A stretch of 32,000 nucleotides of DNA from Parasynechococcus marenigrum WH 8102 (GTDB lineage: Bacteria > Cyanobacteriota > Cyanobacteriia > PCC-6307 > Cyanobiaceae): contig NC_005070.1 in the NCBI RefSeq assembly GCF_000195975.1, positions 1,140,001 through 1,172,000 on the forward strand. The letters run 5' to 3'. The notes beneath the pieces are model-generated. The model saw nothing but the letters and a program-made list of their open reading frames with translations. It searched no databases and was not told the origin of the DNA. Below, piece by piece: positions 1 to 10,478 of this stretch (positions are counted from its first letter, which is position 1; the number at the start of each line of letters is the position of its first letter). A program made the translations under genes and the position numbers.

Positions 1-191
1 TCTGCGGTCAACGACGCCAACAATGAGGTTTCAGACATGAGGAACACCCAAGAGGAACTAGTCGTTAGTTCGCAAAGGCGCTGACGCCCGGGGCCTTGGA
101 TGAACCTCTCACTGCCATAAGACGGCTTGCAAATTCAGTTTAACCCGTTTCTACTGTTCGCGCATGGGTGCTCCTCAGGCTTGTTAGTGGT

Positions 192-1334
192 TTAGAGATT
201 TTCAGCAGCTCTCAGGATGTCTCTCTTCTGCATCGCAGCTGCATAGGTCCGCATGTGGATGCTGATGTCGTGCCCTGCTGCTTTGGCTGCCACTCCATCA
301 CCAAGCTGGCTTTTCAGGATGGAGCGGATGCACCACGAATGTCTCAGGTTGCTGTTTTCGAGTTTCACCGTTCCACACCATCGGCTCTGAAGCCACTTGT
401 TCATGCGATCGACGTGCCCTTTTGTTTTGTTGCTGTCGTAGGCGACAGGGTCAAGAAACTCATTTGGCCTCTCAACTGTGCAGATTTCGAGGGGTTCAAT
501 CCACTCTTTCGGCAACGCCAGGGCTTCTCGTTGCTCTGGTGGTGCGTTTTTTTGCTTGATACCCAGGACTGATGCAGTCGCACCAGTTTCTGATGGCACC
601 AAGCTGAACACCTCTGACACCCGACATCCGTAGACCAGCAGGGCTGCGAAGCACCAGCCATAAATGCTGGAATGACGGTTGTTCAACGCAAACTCAAACA
701 GCTCTTCGTCTAACGGAAGCTTCGGCACCCTGGTTAGATACTTCGTATGGACCTTGTCGAGTTCTTTAGTTGGCAGCTCGGCAAACTTTGCCAATGCCTT
801 GGCTTTCTGGCAGAACTCGTGGCGCGCCTTGCTCGCTGCTGGTAGTGACTTGGCAACCGCAACAAGTGCCTCAATCGTCAGCAGATCAGACGTGTCAGGA
901 TTTTTCTTGAACGATGCCTCGATTCGATCCCACGTTCGCTTCGCTTGAGACTTCTGGGCCGTAGTGCTGACGTCCCGCTTTTCGTACCAGTCGGCTTTGA
1001 ACCTCGCTGTCCATGCACCAATGGTCTGGCTTTCAGATGGCTCCTCTGGCGCTTGGGTCGTTTCGCCCGATTGAAGCCAGCCGTCCCAGCTGAAGGTGCC
1101 GAGCTTTCTGTCAGTCGAAAGCTTGATCGCCAAAGTCTTGGCGCGATTCAGCCCTGCCTTGGTCGCATCACAACCGGTTGGGACGTCGTATTGAACCTCG
1201 TGGTTGCTCCCATCTTTGTGCGGCAAGACGGCTCTGAGGCAAAGCTTGTTGCGCCGTTGCCGGATTGAGACGCCAGCTTTTTCGGCCTTAAGACCTTGGT
1301 TGACGGCTTTGACGAGATCGCCAACTTCAGACAA
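192..1334 (-). CDS. int: tyrosine recombinase / phage-type integrase (380 aa)
   Basis: C-terminal tyrosine-recombinase signature is visible in the translation: YGCRVSEV (Arg), LRHSWCIRS (His-x-x-Arg), GHDISIHMRTY (His plus Tyr nucleophile). The gene lies 172 nt from the 3' end of tRNA-Ser. The only in-frame start after the upstream stop is TTG at 1334. Confidence 0.85.
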   Translation of the reverse strand: MSEVGDLVKAVNQGLKAEKAGVSIRQRRNKLCLRAVLPHKDGSNHEVQYDVPTGCDATKAGLNRAKTLAIKLSTDRKLGTFSWDGWLQSGETTQAPEEPSESQTIGAWTARFKADWYEKRDVSTTAQKSQAKRTWDRIEASFKKNPDTSDLLTIEALVAVAKSLPAASKARHEFCQKAKALAKFAELPTKELDKVHTKYLTRVPKLPLDEELFEFALNNRHSSIYGWCFAALLVYGCRVSEVFSLVPSETGATASVLGIKQKNAPPEQREALALPKEWIEPLEICTVERPNEFLDPVAYDSNKTKGHVDRMNKWLQSRWCGTVKLENSNLRHSWCIRSILKSQLGDGVAAKAAGHDISIHMRTYAAAMQKRDILRAAENL

Positions 1335-1452
1335 CGAAGCGCGCCCGAAAAGCTACCCCGTTTGCACCGTTGCACAAGGTTCTGGCCAGAGCTGCGATAG
1401 CGGCTGTGTCGGCGGTGCTTCATGCGGCACTTCGCGAGATCCCCTGCAGCGC

Positions 1453-1478
1453 AATAAAAAACCCCGTCAACGACGGGG
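1453..1478 (-). terminator. intrinsic terminator downstream of tRNA-Ser
   Basis: Perfect 7-bp GC-rich stem CCCCGTC/GACGGGG (1462-1468 / 1472-1478) with a 3-nt loop. On the minus strand it is followed by TTTTTTATT. Confidence 0.7.
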
Positions 1479-1505
1479 CTTTGAAGCGGTGGTGACTATC
1501 TGAAA

Positions 1506-1592
1506 CGGAGAGGGTGGGATTCGAACCCACGGTGCCCGTGAAGACACGCTGGTTTTCAAGACCAGAGCCATAAACCACTCGACCACCTCTCC
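1506..1592 (-). tRNA. tRNA-Ser (anticodon UGA), class II with long variable arm, CCA not encoded
   Basis: Minus-strand read: GGAGAGG-TG-GTCGAGTGGTTTATGGC-TCTGGT-CTTGAAA-ACCAG-CGTGTCTTCACGGGCAC-CGTGGGTTCGAATCCCAC-CCTCTCC-G. It has acceptor 7 bp, anticodon stem CTGGT/ACCAG, loop CTTGAAA (anticodon TGA) and T-loop GGTTCGAATCC. Confidence 0.93.
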
Positions 1593-1652
1593 AGGGTGTC
1601 AGCGCCTGAGCGATCAGACGCTGTTCAACTTTAAGTCAGCCGGATGCGACGA

Positions 1653-3983
1653 TCAGCTTTCCGGTTTGGCCAAGGGAAGCAGGCACTTGTCGGAATCACA
1701 GCCGGCCGGTCCGGCTTCCTTCAGTTCTCCGCTGTCGTAGCGCTGCAGTGCCTCGAAGAAATCGCTGCTGATGCGGCGTTGGATCACTTCGGATTGCAGC
1801 CGTTCGTAGGTGGCCGCATCGATGGGCTCAAACGGAAGGCGGGGGAAGGTGGCATTGGCATCAAACCGGGCCAGCAGTGCTGCGGAGATGTAGCCCTCGC
1901 CGTTGTCCATTGCCTTGTGCAGCGCTTCCGCCAGGGGCTCGATTTCGTGATCGCGGAATTCGATCGTGGCGGAGGTGTTGTGAGCGGTGTAGTGCGTCTG
2001 CACCTGCATGTAGAAATCGAATTGGGCCATGGCTGAGAAGCCGTTGATTTCCACCGCATCGGCGCCAGGCAGATTGGCCCAGCTCACTTCCGTGGGGATC
2101 TCCACCAACCATTCGGTGCAGCGGGGATCGAATGGATCATCGAGCAGACGCCCCTGCTCGTCCTTGTCGGACTGGGAGGGCACCACGGTGTAGCCGTAGT
2201 CCATGCAGGCCATGGCTACAGGGTCGTTCTTGCGGAAGGTGATGCGGCGAATGAACCGTTGCGCCTTGGGGGGGTGCCAGCCGGGGGCTGCTCCGGTCAG
2301 CAGGCTTTTGGTGCCAGCCGGCTGCACGGTGGTGCAGCGGTTGGGGCGGCGCAGGCCATGGCGGTCGCAGTAATCCCAGACCGTTTCATTCACCACTTGC
2401 TTCCAGCGGCTCAGGTAGTCAGCTTCCTTGGCCTTGAAGGCACGGCCTTCGTCGGTGTCGGGTCGGCCGGCTTCCCACCAACGCAGCCAGTCGCTGCCGA
2501 AGGCATGCACGAAGAAATCGAACAGACCGGTGAAGCTGACGCCCACGATCGGATCCCATTCGCGGCTCTGGCGGTAGCGCTCCACCTCGAAGCGGTGGTT
2601 GAGCAGACATGCCACCGACAGGGCTGCAGCCCGGAAGGCATCGGCCTGTCCCTCCTCGTCGCTGGGATCGATCTGGTTGAGATGGATTTCCGCCAGGTTG
2701 CAGTGGAAATCAGCCCCCAGAATTTCACCGCAGGGGTTGAGGCCATAGCGGCTGAGGCGGTGCTCCAGCTCCGCTGGGGCGATTGGTCCGTGGTTGGTGC
2801 TGAGCCAGCGACCGGCTTCCTCCTTGCCCTGATCGCAGTAGATCTCTATGAACTCGCTGCGCAGTTCGGGGGTGCTGAGCAGATCGGCGTTGGAGCGAGC
2901 GATCGCTTCCGGGGCGAACTGGATGGCTCCTTCGCCAGAGTGGAACTGCTTGGTCACCGCGGCCAGCACCACCTCTTTGCTCGGACGTGAGTGGTAAACG
3001 CGGGTGTGGTTTGCCATGCGCAGGGCATCCCGTTCCGGGTCGATGCGCCAGTTGCCATCCTCATCCTGTTGCCAGAGGTTGTCCTTGGCGGACGATGCCG
3101 CGCTGTCATCAGCAGCGAACTGACGCATGCCAGCACTCCGGCGGATGTTGCCGGCCACGATGGTGACGGCGGCTTCATCGATCAGCAGGCAGCACTCCAC
3201 AGACGTCAGGCGACGTCCGATGGCTTTGTTCAGCAGTCGGGCCACGCGGGCGTAGAGGTCCTTCAGCTTCACGGGGTTGGCCATGCCGCCGAAGCCTTTC
3301 AAAGTCTCGCCGACGGGACGAACGTCGTTGAGGTCCACGTCGATCTCAACGGTTCCGCCGTTGAAGCGGGGATCACTGCTCAGCTCCAGCATCAGTTGGT
3401 AGCTATCCACCCACCCCCGGCGGGTGTCGCCCACCTTGATCTGAACGCGGTTGCCCTCGATGGTGTGGGTGCAGTCGTTCTGCCGTTGTTCGGCTGCCGT
3501 GATGCCGATGTCGGAAACCGACAACACCTTGAGGGTGTTGCGCACCACCGGCAGCCGATCGATCAGGTGCGGCTCGATGATGGCGCCGGTGCCGCAGCCC
3601 ATCATCGCCAGGTCCATCATCAGACCAAAGGCCTGCCAGTCCACCAGGTTGGTGGAAGTGCAGTTGTAAGCACCGGAGAAGTTGACCGACTTCTCAATCC
3701 AACCGGTGCCGCCGATCCAGAGCCAACGTCCGGATGGCAGGGCTTTTTTCTCGCTCTGCATCCGCGCCAGCAGCGCAACTTCCTCATCGTTCAGTCCACC
3801 CAGCTGCCGCAGGCCTCCAAGATTGCGCTCGCCAACCTGGCTCCAGCTTTCACGGCCATCAGCGGTTTTGCGGCTGTAGGTCCGGTAAAAAACAGGGTTA
3901 GCGGCTGGAGCGGTGTCGGGAAAGTCGCTGAAACGGGCGCTGTCGCTCGCAGCGACCTCCACGCGATTCGGGGTCAGGGTCAC
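1653..3983 (-). CDS. nrdJ: class II (adenosylcobalamin-dependent) ribonucleotide reductase
   Basis: 776-aa ORF recognised from recall of picocyanobacterial NrdJ (PVFYRTYSRK..., GRWLWIGGTGW, GAYNCTS, MMGCGTGA). GTG start at 3983. The overlapping antisense ORFs are high-GC shadow frames. Confidence 0.8.
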   Translation of the reverse strand: MTLTPNRVEVAASDSARFSDFPDTAPAANPVFYRTYSRKTADGRESWSQVGERNLGGLRQLGGLNDEEVALLARMQSEKKALPSGRWLWIGGTGWIEKSVNFSGAYNCTSTNLVDWQAFGLMMDLAMMGCGTGAIIEPHLIDRLPVVRNTLKVLSVSDIGITAAEQRQNDCTHTIEGNRVQIKVGDTRRGWVDSYQLMLELSSDPRFNGGTVEIDVDLNDVRPVGETLKGFGGMANPVKLKDLYARVARLLNKAIGRRLTSVECCLLIDEAAVTIVAGNIRRSAGMRQFAADDSAASSAKDNLWQQDEDGNWRIDPERDALRMANHTRVYHSRPSKEVVLAAVTKQFHSGEGAIQFAPEAIARSNADLLSTPELRSEFIEIYCDQGKEEAGRWLSTNHGPIAPAELEHRLSRYGLNPCGEILGADFHCNLAEIHLNQIDPSDEEGQADAFRAAALSVACLLNHRFEVERYRQSREWDPIVGVSFTGLFDFFVHAFGSDWLRWWEAGRPDTDEGRAFKAKEADYLSRWKQVVNETVWDYCDRHGLRRPNRCTTVQPAGTKSLLTGAAPGWHPPKAQRFIRRITFRKNDPVAMACMDYGYTVVPSQSDKDEQGRLLDDPFDPRCTEWLVEIPTEVSWANLPGADAVEINGFSAMAQFDFYMQVQTHYTAHNTSATIEFRDHEIEPLAEALHKAMDNGEGYISAALLARFDANATFPRLPFEPIDAATYERLQSEVIQRRISSDFFEALQRYDSGELKEAGPAGCDSDKCLLPLAKPES

Positions 3984-4041
3984 GTGCGGTAGAGCACAGA
4001 TGTTGTCGAAACCCTAACGCCACAGATGGGGGCAGCAAGGG

Positions 4042-4767
4042 GTGCTCGCCACCATTGGCAGTGTCCCGAGCAGACTGTTGGTTGACGTAAGGCCTCGGAT
4101 GCAGCGTTTGCCGGAACCCGAGCTGATGGTCGACCCGGCGCAGGTGTTGGCCTACGCCGCAGCCGATTTCAGCGGCGGTGATCAACGCACTCTCGATCGG
4201 ATCGAAGCTCTGCTGAGTTCCGCTTCAGGTCGCGCTGCTTCTGATCCTGCCGTGATCCTCGATTTGGGCTGCGGGCCGGGGAACATCAGCCTCCCGCTTG
4301 CCAAACGGTTTCCTGAATCGCAGGTGATCGGTGTGGATGGTTCCCGAGCGATGCTTCAGGTGGCCAGGGACCGGGCGAATCAGCAAGGTCTTTCGATCGA
4401 CCTGCGCTGCAGCACCCTTCAGGATCTGGCGCTGGAGCCCGTCGATCTGATCGTCAGCAACAGCCTTCTCCATCACCTGCATGAGCCAGGGCTGCTCTGG
4501 GGACTCACCCGCGAGCTGGCGGCTCCGGGTTGCCGGGTGCTGCACCGCGACTTGCGCCGTCCGGCCGCGTTGGCGGAGGTGCACCGTTTGCAGCAGCTCC
4601 ATTGCTTTGATGCCCCGGCGGTGTTGATTCAGGATTTCTGTGCCTCCCTGGTGGCTGCCTTCACGCCTGAGGAGGTGCAACAGCAGTTGGCGCTGGCGGA
4701 ATTGGACGGACTCACTGTGGAGATGGAGGACGACCGTTATCTGGTGGTGTCAGGCTTGGTGGATTGA
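4042..4767 (+). CDS. class I SAM-dependent methyltransferase
   Basis: Motif I VILDLGCGPGNISL and downstream VIGVDGS / LIVSNSLLHH. The listed start is GTG at 4042; an alternative ATG is at 4099. Confidence 0.7.
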   Translation: MLATIGSVPSRLLVDVRPRMQRLPEPELMVDPAQVLAYAAADFSGGDQRTLDRIEALLSSASGRAASDPAVILDLGCGPGNISLPLAKRFPESQVIGVDGSRAMLQVARDRANQQGLSIDLRCSTLQDLALEPVDLIVSNSLLHHLHEPGLLWGLTRELAAPGCRVLHRDLRRPAALAEVHRLQQLHCFDAPAVLIQDFCASLVAAFTPEEVQQQLALAELDGLTVEMEDDRYLVVSGLVD

Positions 4768-4776
4768 CAGCGAGCG

Positions 4777-6420
4777 ATGAGCGGCACGACGGCGACTGAA
4801 ACGGACCTTGCCGGATTGGTGGCGCAGGCGGTGGATCGTCGCCGCAACTTCGCGATCATTTCCCATCCGGATGCTGGCAAGACAACCCTGACGGAGAAGC
4901 TGCTGCTCTACGGCGGTGCGATTCAGCAGGCCGGTGCGGTGAAGGCCCGGGGCGAGCAACGCAAGGTGACCTCCGACTGGATGGAGCTGGAGAAACAGCG
5001 GGGCATCTCGATCACCTCGACGGTGCTGCAGTTCGATTACGACACCACCACGATCAACCTGCTCGACACGCCTGGTCACCAGGACTTCTCCGAGGACACT
5101 TATCGCACCCTGGCGGCGGCCGATAACGCCGTGATGCTGGAAGACGCCGCCAAGGGCCTGGAGCCTCAGACGCGGAAGTTGTTCGAGGTGTGTCGGATGC
5201 GCAACATCCCGATCTTCACCTTCATCAACAAGATGGATCGTCCCGGCCGGGAGCCCCTGACGCTTCTGGACGAGATTGAATCGGAACTTGAGCTGACCCC
5301 CTGGGCTGTCAACTGGCCGATCGGCAGCGGTGAGCAGTTCCGCGGGGTGATCGATCGCCGCAGCCGTGAGGTGGTTCTGTTCAGTCGGGCTGAACGGGGC
5401 AAACAGGCCGCGGAACAGAAATTGTCCCTGGATGATCCGGCCCTGCGGGAGCTGGTGGAGGAGGAGTTGTTGGATCTGGCGATCGAGGAGATGGAGTTGC
5501 TCGATGCCGCCGGAGCTGAGCTGGACATCGAAATGGTGCATGCCGGTGAGCTGACACCGGTGTTCTTCGGCTCAGCGATGACGAACTTCGGGGTGAGGCC
5601 GTTTCTGGATGCCTTTCTGGAAATGGCCCAACGTCCGATCGCCCGTTCCAGCAGCGAGGGATTGATCGATCCGCTGCGGGAAGGGTTCAGCGGCTTCGTG
5701 TTCAAGCTTCAGGCCAACATGGATCCCCGTCACCGGGACCGGGTCGCGTTTGTGCGCGTCTGCAGCGGTCGCTTCGAGAAAGACATGACGGTGAAGCACG
5801 CGCGCACCGGCAAGGCGATCCGGTTGTCCAGACCGCAGAAGCTGTTCGGACAGGACCGGGCGGTGGTCGAGGACGCCTACCCCGGCGATGTGATCGGCCT
5901 GAACAATCCGGGAATGTTCTCGATCGGCGACACCCTATACGTGGGCCCGAAAGTGGAATTTGAGGGCATTCCCTGTTTCAGCCCGGAGATCTTCAGTTGG
6001 TTGCGCAATCCAAACCCGTCCGCCTTCAAGAACTTCCGCAAGGGGGTGAATGAATTACGGGAAGAGGGTGCGGTTCAGATCCTTTACGACACCGATGAGA
6101 GCAAACGCGATCCGATCCTCGCGGCGGTCGGTCAGCTGCAGCTGGAGGTGGTTCAGCACCGTCTTGAAAATGAATACGGCGTTGAAACGCGGCTGGAGCC
6201 CCTTGGTTTTCAGGTGGCGCGCTGGGTCGCCGGCGGTTGGTCGGAACTGGAGAAGGTGGGCAGGATTTTCAACTGCAAAACCGTGCGCGATGCCTGGAAC
6301 AGGCCTGTGCTGTTATTCAAGAACGAGTGGAACCTCAATCAACTGAAAGAGGACCATCCCGATTTTGAGCTGAGCAATGTGGCTCCAGTGGTGAGTGGGG
6401 TGGAGCCGATCAGCCTCTGA
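4777..6420 (+). CDS. prfC: peptide chain release factor 3 (translational GTPase)
   Basis: 547 aa. G1 [26 protein letters not shown] and NKMD GTPase motifs, with RF3-typical length and C-terminus. Confidence 0.9.
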   Translation: MSGTTATETDLAGLVAQAVDRRRNFAIISHPDAGKTTLTEKLLLYGGAIQQAGAVKARGEQRKVTSDWMELEKQRGISITSTVLQFDYDTTTINLLDTPGHQDFSEDTYRTLAAADNAVMLEDAAKGLEPQTRKLFEVCRMRNIPIFTFINKMDRPGREPLTLLDEIESELELTPWAVNWPIGSGEQFRGVIDRRSREVVLFSRAERGKQAAEQKLSLDDPALRELVEEELLDLAIEEMELLDAAGAELDIEMVHAGELTPVFFGSAMTNFGVRPFLDAFLEMAQRPIARSSSEGLIDPLREGFSGFVFKLQANMDPRHRDRVAFVRVCSGRFEKDMTVKHARTGKAIRLSRPQKLFGQDRAVVEDAYPGDVIGLNNPGMFSIGDTLYVGPKVEFEGIPCFSPEIFSWLRNPNPSAFKNFRKGVNELREEGAVQILYDTDESKRDPILAAVGQLQLEVVQHRLENEYGVETRLEPLGFQVARWVAGGWSELEKVGRIFNCKTVRDAWNRPVLLFKNEWNLNQLKEDHPDFELSNVAPVVSGVEPISL

Positions 6421-6427
6421 GGATTCG

Positions 6428-6619
6428 TCAGCTGGAGCTGAACCGCACCGCCTGCTTCGTGCCCCAGAGATTGCGTCGTCGCTGTTCGGCTTCGTGGATG
6501 CAGCGCTGCGCTTCGGCGCGGGAATGGCAGGTTCTGGCCTTTTCCTCCACGGCCATCAGTGCCAGCAGTTCATGCAGGGTGTTCAAAGCATCAAACCCAA
6601 GTGATTCATCATTAACCAT
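6428..6619 (-). CDS. small hypothetical protein (63 aa)
   Basis: ATG-started ORF with helical-looking, non-shadow-like composition, convergent with prfC. No recognisable motif. Confidence 0.35.
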   Translation of the reverse strand: MVNDESLGFDALNTLHELLALMAVEEKARTCHSRAEAQRCIHEAEQRRRNLWGTKQAVRFSSS

Positions 6620-6731
6620 CCCTTAACCAGATGCAAGTTGTTGCCGGTTGACAGCTGGTGCGCAAGCCCTCACCTGCTCGCGGGGGTCGCGTCTGATCGC
6701 CAGACTGCATTAACTGAACCGTGACGATCAC

Positions 6732-6953
6732 TTGGAGAGTCTCTGGCTTGTGCGAGGCACGGCGGACGGCGGCACCGAGTACGTCTGCTTCCGTTCCACC
6801 CGCGAATCTGTGGAGATGCTGGAAGGATTTCACCTTCCCCCGCAGATGCCTCTGATCAAAAAACGGCGTTGGTTGAATCGTTCCGAAGCCTTGAGTTGCC
6901 GCCAGAAACTCGAGCGTTCTGAGGGTTTCCGTCACGGCAGCGCTCTGTTCTGA
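6732..6953 (+). CDS. small hypothetical protein (73 aa; start uncertain, TTG listed)
   Basis: High third-position GC and protein-like composition, unlike the overlapping minus-strand R/P/G-rich ORF 6612-6935. Confidence 0.4.
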   Translation: MESLWLVRGTADGGTEYVCFRSTRESVEMLEGFHLPPQMPLIKKRRWLNRSEALSCRQKLERSEGFRHGSALF

Positions 6954-6995
6954 GCCGGTCTCGATACGCTCTTGTCATGTTGTTGCTGAAAGGAC

Positions 6996-7682
6996 ATGGC
7001 TGCCGTCGGTGAATCCGGTCCTTCGTCCGAATCAGACGATCCCTATGGCCGTCTTGGCCTCAGCCCCGGGGCAAGCTTTGACGAGGTTCAGGCGGCCCGC
7101 AGTCGTTGCCTGGCGCAGACCGAGGATGACCCCCAGGCCAAGGCGCGGGTTGAGGCGGCCTATGACGCTGTTCTGATGGCCCGCCTGAGGGACCGTCAGC
7201 AGGGACAGGTCAGTGCTGCAGCTGCCTCGGCATCCCAGAAGGAAGAATCGGCAGCATCGGGTAACCCATCACTGCCTGGCGTCAGTGTTCTGCAACGACT
7301 GAGGCCCCGCCTGCCCCAGTCACCGCCGTCGTTGTCCGGGATGTCCCCCTCCTGGTCTCTCGCCGAAGGTCAGGGTCTTGTGGTCCGCCTCGTGGCTGGT
7401 GCAGCAGCGCTGCTGCTCTTGCTCTTCTCTCCCGGTGCCGGTCAATTGGTTCTGGCACTGGGTCTGATCGGCTGTTTCCTCAGTCAGATCCGACGGGGCC
7501 GTCGGCCGCTTCCCTCCCTTGGATGGTGCTTGCTGGTGCTTGGCCTTGGATTGGTGGTGGGCAGTGTCCTGACGGCGTCGTTGTCTCCCACCGCCTTCAG
7601 TCAGTTGAACCTGAGTCTTGAACAGGTTCAGGCTGTACCTGCTGCGCTGCTGCTCTGGCTCGCGGCACTGCTGCTGGCTTAG
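6996..7682 (+). CDS. J-domain-like N-terminus fused to a multi-span membrane region
   Basis: N-terminus [25 protein letters not shown] resembles the start of a DnaJ J-domain. The C-terminal half has several hydrophobic segments ([38 protein letters not shown]). Confidence 0.6.
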   Translation: MAAVGESGPSSESDDPYGRLGLSPGASFDEVQAARSRCLAQTEDDPQAKARVEAAYDAVLMARLRDRQQGQVSAAAASASQKEESAASGNPSLPGVSVLQRLRPRLPQSPPSLSGMSPSWSLAEGQGLVVRLVAGAAALLLLLFSPGAGQLVLALGLIGCFLSQIRRGRRPLPSLGWCLLVLGLGLVVGSVLTASLSPTAFSQLNLSLEQVQAVPAALLLWLAALLLA

Positions 7683-8596
7683 CTCGCTGCAGCTAGCTCT
7701 GCGATAAGCCCTTCCAATTCTGGTCCGCTCACCACATAGTTGTTGCTGCAGAAGTGGCAGTTGAGTTCTGCTCCCCCGTCTTTTTCCAGCATGTCGGCCA
7801 GCTCGGTGCGACCCATGAGCAGCAGTGCCGCGACGCTGCGCTCACGGGTGCAGCGGCAGTGAAAATTCACAGATTGACTGGCGTCAGCGTCTTCGAGGGG
7901 GCGTGGATCCAGATCCGGGAAGACATCAACGAGCAGGTCTTCAAGCTGGTCGCCGCAACGATCCAGTCGTCCGCTGAAGTCTTCAATCTCGCGGCAGCGC
8001 TGATCGAGTAGTTCCACCAGTGCGGGCTCTTCCGCCGCTTTGGGCAGGATCTGCACCAGCAAACCTCCACTGCTGTGCAGTTGCTGGCTGCTGATCCGTT
8101 CACCCACAAACACCGCTGATGGTGTCTGCTCCGAGTGCAGCAGGTAGGAGGCGACGTCATCGCCGATGCCACCGCTGACCAGTTCGACGGTGCTGTTGAA
8201 CGGCTCCCCCTTGCCGTCATCCCGCATGACATGCAGGTAGCCGGTGCCTGCAGCGGCCTTGAAGTTGAAGCTGTGGTTGCCATCGGCGTCGATCACCGGA
8301 TCCAGCTCCAGGGTGTTGTCACCCACGTATCCCCGCACCGTCCCGTCCCTGCCGGCGTCCACCATCAGCCCGCGCAGTGGGCCATCCGAACCGAGTCGGA
8401 GATTCACGCGTCCATGCCGCACTTTCATCGAGCTGGCCAGCATCAGGCCCGCTGCCATGGCCCGGCCCAGCATCACCGTGGACAGGAAGGAGAGGTCGTG
8501 GCGTCGTCTTGCCTCCCGCACGGTTTCGGTGGTGGACACCGCCACCAGTCGGATGCCACCGCCGGCGGCCGTCGCTCTCACCAGGCGGTCGGCCAT
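7679..8596 (-). CDS. hslO: redox-regulated chaperone Hsp33
   Basis: 305 aa. N-terminus [18 protein letters not shown] and the C-terminal zinc centre CRCTRERS ... CHFCSNNY (CxC...CxxC) are typical of Hsp33. Confidence 0.88.
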   Translation of the reverse strand: MADRLVRATAAGGGIRLVAVSTTETVREARRRHDLSFLSTVMLGRAMAAGLMLASSMKVRHGRVNLRLGSDGPLRGLMVDAGRDGTVRGYVGDNTLELDPVIDADGNHSFNFKAAAGTGYLHVMRDDGKGEPFNSTVELVSGGIGDDVASYLLHSEQTPSAVFVGERISSQQLHSSGGLLVQILPKAAEEPALVELLDQRCREIEDFSGRLDRCGDQLEDLLVDVFPDLDPRPLEDADASQSVNFHCRCTRERSVAALLLMGRTELADMLEKDGGAELNCHFCSNNYVVSGPELEGLIAELAAAS

Positions 8597-8605
8597 GGTT
8601 GTCCT

Positions 8606-9280
8606 TCAAGCTGCGGGCAATGTAGTCACCGGTTCCAATCGTCCGTTCCGCAGTTGATAGCGCTCGCAGCTCCAGTCGTGGAACAGCTGCGGCTCATGGG
8701 TCACCACGATCAGCACCCGCTGCTTGGAGAGCTGGCTCAGCAGGTTCAGCACGTCAGCGCGCACGGACCAGTCCAAACCAGCCGTTGGTTCGTCCAGCAG
8801 CAGCAGTTCTGCGCCCCGCAGCAGTTGCACCGCCAGGGCCAAGCGACGTTGCTGGCCGCCACTGAGCCGTTCCGGCGCGTCACTCAGTCGAATGTTTGCC
8901 AGCCCAACGGTGTTCAGAGCTGCCTGCTGTTGATCGCCACCCAGTCTTCGGTGCCCTAAGCGGAGCTCCTGGGCGATGGTCAACCCCAGGAAATGGCGTT
9001 CCGGGAACTGGAACACCATGCCACCGAGCCAGCGGCGCTGCCGTTGGCTCAGTTCCTGCCCTTTCCAGCAAATGCTGCCCCGTTGCTGGCCACTGAGGCC
9101 GGCGATGACTTCCAGCAGGCTGGTCTTGCCGCTGCCGCTTGCACCGGCCACCAGCACTGGCCGGCCGATGTCGGCCTTGAGGGCGACATCTTGCAGCAAC
9201 GGCCCTGAAGCGGTGGCTGGTGCGTAGTTGAGGGCCTGAAGTTCCAGCATGGACCTCAGCTTGACCGATGATGACTCCAC
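8606..9280 (-). CDS. ABC transporter ATP-binding protein
   Basis: Walker A GASGSGKTS, signature LSGGQQRRLALA, Walker B LLLLDEPTAGLD, H-loop VVTHE. Start may be the internal Met at 9250. Confidence 0.85.
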   Translation of the reverse strand: MESSSVKLRSMLELQALNYAPATASGPLLQDVALKADIGRPVLVAGASGSGKTSLLEVIAGLSGQQRGSICWKGQELSQRQRRWLGGMVFQFPERHFLGLTIAQELRLGHRRLGGDQQQAALNTVGLANIRLSDAPERLSGGQQRRLALAVQLLRGAELLLLDEPTAGLDWSVRADVLNLLSQLSKQRVLIVVTHEPQLFHDWSCERYQLRNGRLEPVTTLPAA

Positions 9281-9295
9281 ATCACTGGTCCCTCC

Positions 9296-9745
9296 ATGGA
9301 CGTTCGTTTCCGCGAGGTGGATCCGTTCAACTGCTGGATCTGGCTGCGTTTCGCTTCACCGCCGAGTCAGGGGGAGCGCAATTACGTCGATGGCATCTTC
9401 GACAGCTGGTATGTGATCGGTCGTCTCGGCGGCTTCAACGCTGAAAACCTTCAGGTTCATGAGGAGGGGGCCGATCTCAGCTGGATGACCTACGACAACG
9501 ACGAAGCCGATTCGCTGATGCCGGCGTTGATGCACAACATGGGCCAGCTGGAATATCAGGCCGAATGGGGCCGTTGCTGGGTCGATATGGGCACCAGTGA
9601 TGGCGTCGGAATCGATGTGCTGATCAATGCCCTGCGCCAGCTCGATACGGATGTGGTGCAGATCGAAGAGCTGGTGATCGGCGGTGTCAACGAGGATTGG
9701 CCTGTGGAGGATCACCCCGACAGTCTTTTCCCGTCAGGTGGCTGA
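9296..9745 (+). CDS. conserved-looking acidic hypothetical protein (149 aa)
   Basis: Clean ATG ORF with protein-like composition. Family not identifiable by eye. Confidence 0.6.
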   Translation: MDVRFREVDPFNCWIWLRFASPPSQGERNYVDGIFDSWYVIGRLGGFNAENLQVHEEGADLSWMTYDNDEADSLMPALMHNMGQLEYQAEWGRCWVDMGTSDGVGIDVLINALRQLDTDVVQIEELVIGGVNEDWPVEDHPDSLFPSGG

Positions 9746-10466
9746 GCGGCGACGGCTGCTGATTGCACCCCAGCGTCTGGCAGCTGTTGAGACCGGCGAT
9801 CCAACCGTCCCGTTGGAACGCTCCGAACAGCACTACCTGCGACGGGTGCTGCGTTGCCGCGTTGGGGACACAATCGACGTGGTCGATGGCTGCGGATCGC
9901 TCTGGCAGGCGCAGTTGATCAGCGCTGATGCTCTACGGGTCTCGGTGCCAGCCGATCAGATTGAGCCTGTAAGAGTCCCGCGACTGGGTCTTGGCCTGTC
10001 CTTGATCCGTCGCGGCTTTGAAGACGCGCTGCGCATGGCCTGTGAACTCGGCGTGGATGAGATTCAGCCGCTTCGCGCCGACCGCTCCACGCCCCAGGCC
10101 GAGCATCGCCCCGAGCGCTGGGCCACGATCCTGCAGGAGGCGGTGGAGCAGTGCGAACGGCTGTGGTTGCCCACCTTGAAACCAGCCTGCAAGCTTGCTC
10201 AATGGCCCAACAGCAGCGACCCCGTGGCTGTGGGTGTCACCCGCCGGGCTGATACGCCTGCACTTCGTGATTGGCTCAATCAGACCACGAACTGCAACGG
10301 CATGGTCTGGTTGCTGGTGGGTCCTGAGGGGGGGTGGAGCAACGCGGAGGAACAGTTGTCCATCACCAGGGAGTGGCAACCCGTGCATCTGGGCAGCTCA
10401 ATCCTGCGCAGTTCAACGGCTGCCGTGCGCGGCAGCGTTGAACTGGTCCAGTGGCGAGATAGATGA
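9738..10466 (+). CDS. rsmE: 16S rRNA (uracil1498-N3)-methyltransferase
   Basis: RsmE-like features: N-terminal RRLLIAPQ, HYLRRVLRCRVGD, C-terminal LLVGPEGGWSNAEE ... LGSSILRSSTA. A GTG at 9738 overlaps the upstream stop; the ORF track start at 9684 is probably too early. Confidence 0.8.
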   Translation: MAERRRLLIAPQRLAAVETGDPTVPLERSEQHYLRRVLRCRVGDTIDVVDGCGSLWQAQLISADALRVSVPADQIEPVRVPRLGLGLSLIRRGFEDALRMACELGVDEIQPLRADRSTPQAEHRPERWATILQEAVEQCERLWLPTLKPACKLAQWPNSSDPVAVGVTRRADTPALRDWLNQTTNCNGMVWLLVGPEGGWSNAEEQLSITREWQPVHLGSSILRSSTAAVRGSVELVQWRDR

Positions 10467-10478
10467 ACCTGACGCCAA

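Noticed and set aside
2259-3992. Long plus-strand ORFs (2259-2990, 2991-3992) antisense to nrdJ. Similar ones lie opposite mfd (28182-29039), phnD (21863-22741), phnE (20284-20778) and the membrane protein (10977-11813).
   Set aside because: They have the Arg/Gly/Ala/Pro/His-rich composition typical of shadow frames in high-GC DNA. Each is fully overlapped by a gene with clear family motifs.
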